Below, in pieces: positions 55,153-64,000 of a stretch of DNA of 64,000 bases. A model generated the notes under the pieces. That model ran no database searches and was not told where the DNA came from. It saw only the letters and a list, made by a program, of their open reading frames with translations. The stretch spans positions 310,001-374,000 of the forward strand of contig CM039008.1 in the NCBI GenBank assembly GCA_017499595.2, read 5' to 3'. The stretch's first letter is position 1. Each line of letters opens with the position of its first letter. The DNA is from Psilocybe cubensis. Lineage: Eukaryota. Position numbers and translations under genes: made by a program.

Positions 55153-56863
55153 CGCGACTAAGAGGAGTGCTCAAATGTGAACAAGGAAGGGGGCGTGGAG
55201 TGGAGATGGGCCACGGCGCGAAAGGCGGCCTTGCGTTCAGATTTATAAAGCGTTAAACGGTCCTTTTGAGTGTAATGAGGATAGCTCCGGATACAAGATT
55301 TACTGGAAAGAAGTTGACTCTAATGTCTAGATCTTCGGGAAGATGGAAGTCGGAGAGGAAGGGATGATGCTGACTTTCACCAAAACAGAGGAAGGCCGAC
55401 CAGCCCTGACATCGAAGTCGCTATGCAAGAGTATGCAAGGGTGATTATGGACCGGTTCTTACTCTCCTCAGGCTTTTCTGATGAGTACCTGTATCGAGAT
55501 TCCCTGTGGAGATGTTAATGTATGTCTCGGAAACGTCTAAGCGCATGCACGGAGCCTATGTATACGGAGATACATATGCAAGCTATCAAGCGACCTCAGC
55601 AGTCATTTAATAGTCGATCGATTTGTGACTTGCAACCGACAAATAAGGAAAATCACAGTTCCAATTGTCTGAATATATACTTTTCTAGTATTCATTACAA
55701 GTCTGAATATGTTGAGCACTTGGTGAAAAATAAGATGCGTTTATTATTCAGTTTTTAACCAGACCAAAACCAAACCCAGGAGAGAGTGTGTAATCTGTCC
55801 ATCCTAGAAAACTTCAGTGTGACCTCTAGGCAGGTCACTTGCAACCGTTTAAATGGTCCGTACACTGATGTAGATGATGCCCGCACATCGGATATAAGTA
55901 GGTAAATCGTACGCCATTCTAATTTTATATGGTTTTGCTTTGTGTTCCTTGTTGTTTTTCTGCATGGATCCTTGAATGATAGTAAACCTAACAGTAAAAG
56001 TCTTCAAAGAGTTTAACAAAAAAACACGGTGGTAGATGTACATGTAGCTGGTTATTATCGGCGTATACTTAACACGTTCTCCTCATTTTGGCATGTGAAA
56101 TGGTTGAGAATTTGGTGCAGACTTCGTTCGGAAGTTCTGGGATGATTCTCCGAATTCTATTCACCTCGCTTTGTAGTGAATCCTCTAAATCTATTCAAGC
56201 TACGGCCGGAATGTGAAGCACGCTTCCATAATATGTGAAACTAAGAAAGAGACCATATGAGTGTCAAATATTCTGGAAATCAAATTTTGAGTACTAATTG
56301 GACCCACAAGCACGTGGAAAAAAATGTTATGTAAGTCTTGTCATTTTCTCAGCAACCAAACATCGTAACAACGATGCAGGTTGTAACCGTGGCGATCTTC
56401 AAACGCATCCCCACTTTGCATGTACCCACTTCTTGTTAACTTCATTATTCCTTCTGTTCAGCAAATAATGGATCAAGTAACAAAGTACGATAAATTCACT
56501 GGAAGTTGCATAACTTAGCCTCAAGCGGTATTGGTAAATCTTCATGAGATCAAGATCTAGGGTTCGTTGTAGTGGAGTACCAAGCTATTGGTGAAATTCA
56601 AATAACATTGCGATGGAGATTTGAGGCCCCCCAAAAAAGCTTGAACCAGACGATAGCAGGCAATCCCAATTAACTTTGTACGAAGATCAGAACTCCCTCT
56701 CGGAGCGTATAGTATGTATAGCGTATAGAGTTGCCTAGATTTACGGCACCTCGATTTCCGACGGAATCTCCATTTTGCCGCGGCTCCCAGGCGTCTACAT
56801 CTCTGGCCCACACACAAATCGTCGTACATTCCACTCTTTCCAAAGCTAATCGCAGTCGTTCAG

Positions 56864-58915
56864 ATGGAATTTTCTGACCTTCTATTGTTGGCTACCGGTC
56901 TTTCCACCTTCTGGTATCTCTTTCAGAGAAGAAGGCCTGAAAATCACTGGTTACCTCCGGGACCGAAGGGTCTACCAATTATTGGGGTACTAATCGCTCG
57001 CCGCCTCCATTAACTTCCAACTAGTACTCATTTCCTCTTGTCTACCAGAATGTTGCAGATATGCCCTCCCAGAACGAATGGGTTACCTACGCTGAGTGGG
57101 GACGCAAGTGGGGTTCGTCAAAATCTTTATCGGAATGGACATTGTCGCTGACTCTAAACGTGAATTCAACTAGGAGGCATACTATCAGTGAAGCTGCTGG
57201 GCAGGCCTGTTATTATCGTGAACTCCGCTGCAATCATGGAAGAGTTGGATAAGAGAGGATCCATATACTCCGATAGACCTGTACTCGAAATGGGAGGGGA
57301 GTTGGTGGGATACTCGCAGACATTGGTTTTGATGACCTACGGCTCGAGATTCCGAACCTATAGAAAGCATTTCTCGCGTTATATTGGCGGTGTCAGGCCA
57401 ATGCAGGAACTGCATCCTTTGATTGAAGAAGAAGCACGTCGTTTTTTGAAACGCACTCTCGCTGCACCCGACGACCTTCTCCCTAACCTTCGAAAGTGTG
57501 TCTTTGCATATCTTTGTAGAAATCATGATTCTGACAATCTCAATCCCAGGCTGGCCGGCGGAATTATCTTGCGACTTACTTACGGTTATCAAGTCATCGA
57601 CGGGGAGGATCCATTCGTGAACTTGATCGAAAAGGCCAATGACAATTTCAATGCTGCAACTGTCGCTGGAGCCTATCCTGTCGATTTCTTCCCCTTGTTG
57701 AAGAAGCTTCCGGAGTGGCTTCCTGGTATGGGTTTCATGCAAACTGCGCGCGAGTGGGCGAAGGACACTGAGGCGATGGTGGAAGTGCCTTGGGAATTTA
57801 CGAAACAGCAAATGGTAAGCTTCCAGCACTTTTGTTTGCCGTTATCTTCCAATTCAACTGTATGCTATAATTTGCTATCAGGCTGAAGGAAAAGCCCGTC
57901 CATCTTTCGTGTCCACAAACCTTGAGAATGAAAGTGGTATGTCATCTGACGATATTCGGGACTTGAAGCTGGCGGCAAGTTCTATGTACGGAGGCAAGTC
58001 ATAGTTTATTTTTGGACATAAACTACTGTCAGGCGCTAAAAATATGTCACAGGCGGTGCAGACACGACTGTGTCCGCTGAATACGCCTTTTATTTAGCCA
58101 TGGTTCTTTACCCAGGTGAGCTTGAAATCGTAATTCAACCTGTATCACTGTTTTTAATCATATCACATTCCTCAGACGTGCAAAAGAAGGCTCAGGCTGA
58201 AATTGACGCCGTCATTGGCACGGGGCGCCTGCCTACTCTAAGTGATCAACCGCACCTTCCATACGTAAATGCTGTAGTCACAGAGGTACTTCGATGGAAC
58301 AGCGTTGCACCCACAGGTGAGATTAACTTTGATGTGAACTCTTCCCAAAATATACTAACTTGAGTTTCTAGGAGTGCCTCACACGGCCATCGAAGATGGT
58401 TATATCTCTGGATATTTCATTCCGAAAAATTCTCTCATACTCGCCAATCTATGGTCAGCTCTCCAGAGTTATCTCTGATGTTTTTACGCTTTCCAACCTC
58501 ATATACTTTGAAACAGGAACATGCTTCACGACCCGGAGACGTACCCAGACCCATTTACCTTCGATCCCGAACGACATATAGCCTCTCCTGGAAAAGAAGC
58601 GCAGCGTGATCCAAGGAAGGTATGCTTCGGGTACGGCCGGCGAGTGTGTCCCGGCATGTATCTGGCGGAAGCGTCTTTGTTCTCCTGCATTTCCATGACG
58701 CTTGCAGCGTTCAATATCGAAAAGAAGGTCGAGAACGGCGTTCCTATCACCCCTGTTCACGAGAACACCTCTGGAATAATCAGGTACGTCTAGTGATTGA
58801 GAGACCATCGCATAACCGTCGCTTAACTCTTGGCAGTTACCCTAAACCTTTCAAATGCGTTATCAAAGCTCGTTCGGAGAAAGCAGTGTCCTTGATCTCT
58901 GAAGAGGTTATCTAA
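56864..58915 (+). CDS. Cytochrome P450 monooxygenase (agaric CYP64-like clan)
   Basis: N-terminal anchor then PPGPKGLPIIGN, IYSDRP, I-helix YGGGADTT, EVLR (ExxR), FDPERH, heme motif FGYGRRVCPG. Confidence 0.95.
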
Positions 58916-59988
58916 AGCGACTTTCATTCATAGCAGCATACTTTGACTTCAATTATACCCTCGCCAATCCAGCGCTCATGACGATCCAAATCATATCCGC
59001 TTAGTTTACGCCTACATGAACATCAGAAGGCTTATTATCTTAATCCGCATCTACATCAGAAGCTTTGCAAGATAACTATATACACATTTGCAGAATCTAA
59101 TCCTGATAATCAAAATTACGCGAGAAAGAAAATTAAAGGTCTTGAAATTTGGGTCCAGGATGAGGTTGATACACTCCATCACGTTAGCCGTGACACGAAT
59201 GGTTAAATTGCATAGCTGGAAGTGAGGGTACAAAGCGCACGGTATCATTCAAGACCTAAGTTTAATGAATAAAGCTTTTAAGCTATTGTGGGAATGTGCA
59301 GGGTCCATCGGACATCCCTGTACGTAGTAAGTACTTTGAAGTTTAAACAGTGATCGTGTTAACGATCATCAACACGATGAAACTTACAAGGCAGAGCGAA
59401 GGTTGGTTCGTCTGTGCTTCGCAAATCCGAATTGGTTATGAGAGGGATAAAACTTTGAATCAGATAGAAATTCGATCTAGGTAGTGCCTCGCAAGTCCGC
59501 AAAAACCAGCACGTCATTTGACCTGAAGACTGGCAAGGTAGTACTCAATCATACCCATCGGTACCGAATCCGAGAAGGGAGGGATGTGCGGAGATAGGCT
59601 GGTAGCTTTGATGCTAAATCTCATTTTAGAAAACAAGGGTGTAAAGGCAATATACCCCGATGATATTGCTCGAAGGGAACATCTATCAGGTTTGATGTAG
59701 CTATGAATGCGCTGCGCTCGGGTCAATGATCTTTCGGATGGGTAGTCAGTGCGTAGCGAAAGCACCATACCTAAGCAACTTTCACCTCAAATCTACAACA
59801 CGAGAGTTTTTGGGGGCCACAGCCGACTTTGCACGGTGATCCATAAGCTTGGATTAAGCATATACAAGCAAATAATTAACTTCAACATATCCAAGCCAAT
59901 GAAAACTACATCGCTACATCGCAAGTTAGTCGGATTTAAACCAAATTAAACGGACGGTACGCACGGTATTACATATAGTAGAAAGGTA

Positions 59989-60729
59989 TCACCAGATCGA
60001 GCCACCTTGAGGGCTACCTGGTATTGTGGGGCTTGGAACGCTCTGTGGGAAAACCCCGCTTCGCGGTACATGAGCAGTCTCTGGTTCTTTGCGCCATTCG
60101 ATCTTCTCAACTCTCACTTCTCCTTCGATAAGTTGGTATACGTATGTGACTACCACAGATCCTTGGATATCCATTAAAGCAAACGACGGGGTTGGCTCCC
60201 TAGTGACATTAGAGACGTAAAGCCGTTTGACAAAGGTGAAACTCACCCATTCAAGGTTCCAGTCCAAGCACCAGTTGCTGTACCTGGATTTACGAAGAAC
60301 CTGTTGTCATATTCGATAGCTTGGAATCTACGACCTTTAGCTACATGACAAATGCAGATATGAAAATTGTACTCACACATGAGTATGCCCAGACACCAAC
60401 ACATCTACATCCATCTGCCTTGCCAACGAACTTAGTGAATCCAGGTCGCCTGTGGGTATCGACTGATGCCCGTGTATCACTCCAATTTTTATTGGACTGT
60501 GCGACACGACAAGCGATGATGGGAATGTAGATTCGTCGTAGTCTCCTTTTACAATGTTTACGTCTGGCGAGATGGTCCGCAAGTATTCGTATGTTTCTCT
60601 ATCGCAGACATTGCCAGTACAAAGAATTTGCTGGATCTTGCCTGGCACGAGGAGCTTCTTGAATTTAGCTGGAAGATCATGGGTCCTATGTGGAATATGA
60701 AGGTCTCCAATGACGAGAACAAGGACCAT
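59989..60729 (-). CDS. VPS29: Retromer subunit Vps29 (3 exons)
   Basis: [81 protein letters not shown]. Confidence 0.97.
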
Positions 60730-61326
60730 GCTGCTCAAAGTGTGGTTGAGGTACGTTTCTTGTTGTTGTTGTTGTCGTCTTGTCGTCACGACCGACTACG
60801 CGCGGAGTGCGGTTCTCGGCCTTCGGAAGGAAACCGACCGGAAAGATTTTATTTGACTTTATTTGCATGTCACGGCTATACCCCTCAGGCCAAATCTCTG
60901 CACAAAAGCTTGAAATCATCAAATAGACAACAAATAGAACTGAAAAAAAAAACGAATTTTGGAAACCTAGTTCTTACTAATAATCATTTTTGCTCCCTTC
61001 GTATGTCTTGAATATCGTTACAATGAGATGTACTTCATATATTTAAATTTTATCCTAACGTTCATATTTCATTTTATTAAAGCGGAGAATTAACTGCATA
61101 AATAGTATGCCGAAAGAATGCCGTCCTTGGTGCTCTTCGCCACAAGTTGTTCAAACTGAAAGCTACGGAGGTGTATGTCTAGCAATACAAAGCCATCAGG
61201 CTTCCAAGAAATTTTTCTTCTTCCATAATCTACATGAACATACAGTTTTAACGATACACAGACTTTCAACATGCAGGTAACAGTTCAATATCAATCCGTA
61301 ACAACAACTGGCCAATCCAAGAAATC

Positions 61327-64000
61327 TTACACCCTCACGAAAAAGTACAAATATGCCAACTTCTTCAAATCCTTCACACTCTCGGCGTCGGCCTTGACGA
61401 CTTTCTCATCATTGAACAACACCCACTGGCCATTTTTCTTGATGTGCGCGACGTAGTGCCCAGAATGGACGGAGGGTCCCTTATGCGAGATGAAAGCGAC
61501 CAGCTCATACTTGGCTGGCACGTCTTTGAGTCCCGGAATGGTAGGCACAGAACTGGACGAGTCGGTAGAAGCGGGTGCAGCGTCTTCACCTGTGTCCTCT
61601 GGGTGGTTGAAGAGCCATTCTACCGCGCGCTCGGCGTTTCCTGACTACAAAGAGATGAGGATAATCAGTTCCGGCAGTTTGCTAGGAAAGGATGCAACGA
61701 ACAGTTTCTCGGAGAGCTTTCCTGGCTTGTGCACTGGTGAATCCCATGTCAGCCAACATCGCCACCTGTTCAGGGTCGGGCTCGGTTTGCCCTCCTGACG
61801 CCCCAGACCCAGAAGCCGAAAGTTGAATAGGCGAATCAATATCTAGAAGGACCAATCATATTTCAGCATCATCAACTAACAAAAAACATGACACGGGATA
61901 CAGACCAGGATCTTCCATATGCGCGAAAAGCCATTCCATCGCCGCCTCCGGATCACTGTTGCCTGTGGCTAATAGAGCCTTCTGACAGCGAACAGTAGGG
62001 AATCCCATCCCTTCCAATTGAGCCATGGCAGCTTCATTGAATTGGGGTAAGGCCGGAGCAGCTACCAGTTTGGAAACAAAAGCAATTTTACTAAATAATG
62101 AATTACGATCGAATATCCGAACGGCGTACCTGCAGCATCATTGGGCAACTCAGTCTCCGATTCCTTCAGGCCAGTTCCTATGTGTCGTTCAGAGAATGTG
62201 AGGGTATCCTCCTCGGGAAGAATGACAGGAATATCTAAAATGTAAGAGGATCAGGGAATAGCAAAATTGATAATTAGGAATCATTTGGCTTACCAAGTTT
62301 GGCTGGAACCCAGTTTACGAGCTGGAACTTCTTCGCATGCACAACAAGTACTTCAGGAAGAGATGCAAATTTCATCTGCCTAAACATACCGTAAGCAGTA
62401 GAAAGGAAAAGAAATAAACACAATAACAAAACTGACTTGATAGCAATGACATTTGTAGAGCACGATGGACAGGCATAATCCAACGACTCGGTTCCAAGCA
62501 AATGATCGAGGCAATCGGTCAACTTTACATCCTCGTACAAGATTTTGCCGTCTTCATTTTTGCCCTTCTCAGTGGCAGGGATGGAAACAGATACTACATC
62601 CATGGCATCTGTTCTGTAGCGCACTTTCTTGCATGACATACACTGTAGACGCTGCTCAGTAGCATAGCTAAAGATAGTAGTAGGATCTGAACAGAGAAAA
62701 TGATTAACATCAACGAAATGCTAGAAAAGGATCGTCTCACCTTGTTCACTGCGTTCCTTGTATTTCTGACCATCCCGTCGTAGAACAGTGATCAGATGGG
62801 TGAAGAACTCCTCTGCATCCTGTTGCCGCATCGTCGCGAATTCCTCGTGTCCCTTCCCAATCAGAGCCTTGAAGTTTGTTGGTTTGATTCCTGTCTGGAA
62901 AACGGGAGTAGGAGAAGGGTGTTGCAGGCTGTCTGCTGAGGCGTGAGCTGGATGCGAATAACGGCCACTTAGCAGTCCATCAGCGACTTTGTGCATCTGA
63001 CATTCGACACAATCCGCTGGAAGTGAGACTGGACATATCTCGGCGTGTGTAGATGCTTGATTTTGGTACCGTGTTTGAAATGAGGGGAGAGAGTAGACAG
63101 TTTGAAGGACCGAAGCCATGTAACAACTGTATTTATGACGTCAGCGCGCAAAAGTAAAGATTGCAGATAGCATCGTACCTGTTTCCGAGGTTGGCAAGCC
63201 CCGTCAATCCTGGCCCGAAAACTGGTTCCAAAGCCTTTCCATCATCTCCAGTTAAAGAAAAATCGTATTTGAGGTTTTGTTCGATTTGCTACTGAATGTC
63301 AAAGAGAGACTTGGATCAATTCATATTTTGGACGTACCAGCTCTGTCATGCTTTTCTCCGTCTTTTTGAGAGTCTGGACGTTAATTCCAAAGGATGCTAG
63401 ATGCGTCGCCAGGTCTGGATCCTCTTTCGCATCATTGCAAACATAGCAATAGATATCTAATGAGAGTGTCAGTAGAGACTAGATTTGAGGTTTTAAATTA
63501 CACACCAGCTCCTCCTTCCGGAGTAATTGTTCCCAGTTTCACGCTCACAGCATGCCCAGAAGCCTCGTAATGCGCCAATCCATGTCCATTACCGCCCAAT
63601 CCACCGAATTGTTGCCTCCCACATCCTAGAGAACCGCAGGTGAGGCAGAGCCACAGATTTTCTTTTAGATCGCAGGCGTTACAGTGGGCAAGTCCTTCAG
63701 CCGGTATATGGCCCGACACGAATTGCTCGATGGTAAGTGTGTGTTCGCAGGGCGTGATCTCTTCCTCCCATGCTTTCACTTCGGATTGGCGCGCAGAAGA
63801 AAGCGATTGCATCACTCCCTCCACCAGAGATTTTATCTAGGCTTATAAGAAAAAGGAAGCAGAATATTGTAGCCATACTCACCTTGGGATCTGATAGCGC
63901 CTCTGGGACGACGGCTCCATTTTGACTATCGCATGCCCAACACTTGACCTGTGTTATGTGCTCGTACTTGTCCTCTTCTCTTTCCTCGACGATCGCCAAC
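61327..64000 (-). CDS. UBP14: Ubiquitin C-terminal hydrolase Ubp14 / USP5-like (5' end outside window)
   Basis: ZnF-UBP CDLKENLWLCLTCGSLGCGRQQFGG, Cys box GLANLGNSCYMASVLQ, QQDAEEF, two UBA domains, His box HKGPSVHSGHYVAH. Confidence 0.96.

Noticed and set aside
44020-58915. Esterases, membrane protein and P450 as a secondary-metabolite gene cluster
   Set aside because: No backbone enzyme (PKS, NRPS, terpene synthase) or precursor peptide in the window; flanked by housekeeping genes
59051-59768. Two short minus-strand ORFs between the P450 and VPS29
   Set aside because: No coherent gene model or motif

Overview
Intron-rich fungal genomic DNA, most likely an Agaricomycete (mushroom-forming basidiomycete), judged from ~50-60 nt GT-AG introns, a class I hydrophobin, a fruit-body-specific protein A-like gene and DUF6533/DUF6534-like membrane proteins. 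About 22 genes were reconstructed by eye: ATG4 (5' part), a fruit-body protein, two DUF6533-like and one DUF6534-like membrane proteins, an orphan coiled-coil locus, an atypical Rab7-like GTPase, hydrophobin, GH10-CBM1 xylanase, a beta/gamma-crystallin-like small secreted protein, a DUF4112 protein, a DUR3-like transporter, two GH47 mannosidases flanking SSZ1, two tandem carboxylesterases, a P450, VPS29 and UBP14 (3' part). The strongest non-genic signals are (i) a 346-bp foldback MITE inserted in reverse orientation into the terminal repeat of a sister copy, both with intact 3-bp TSDs; (ii) a 592-bp TA-flanked MITE inside an esterase intron whose TIRs carry splice-site-like motifs; (iii) a decayed LINE 3' fragment followed by a TATA-preceded, ATG-free ~680-nt stretch. 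No databases were searched. Family names come from motif recall, and CDS coordinates span introns.
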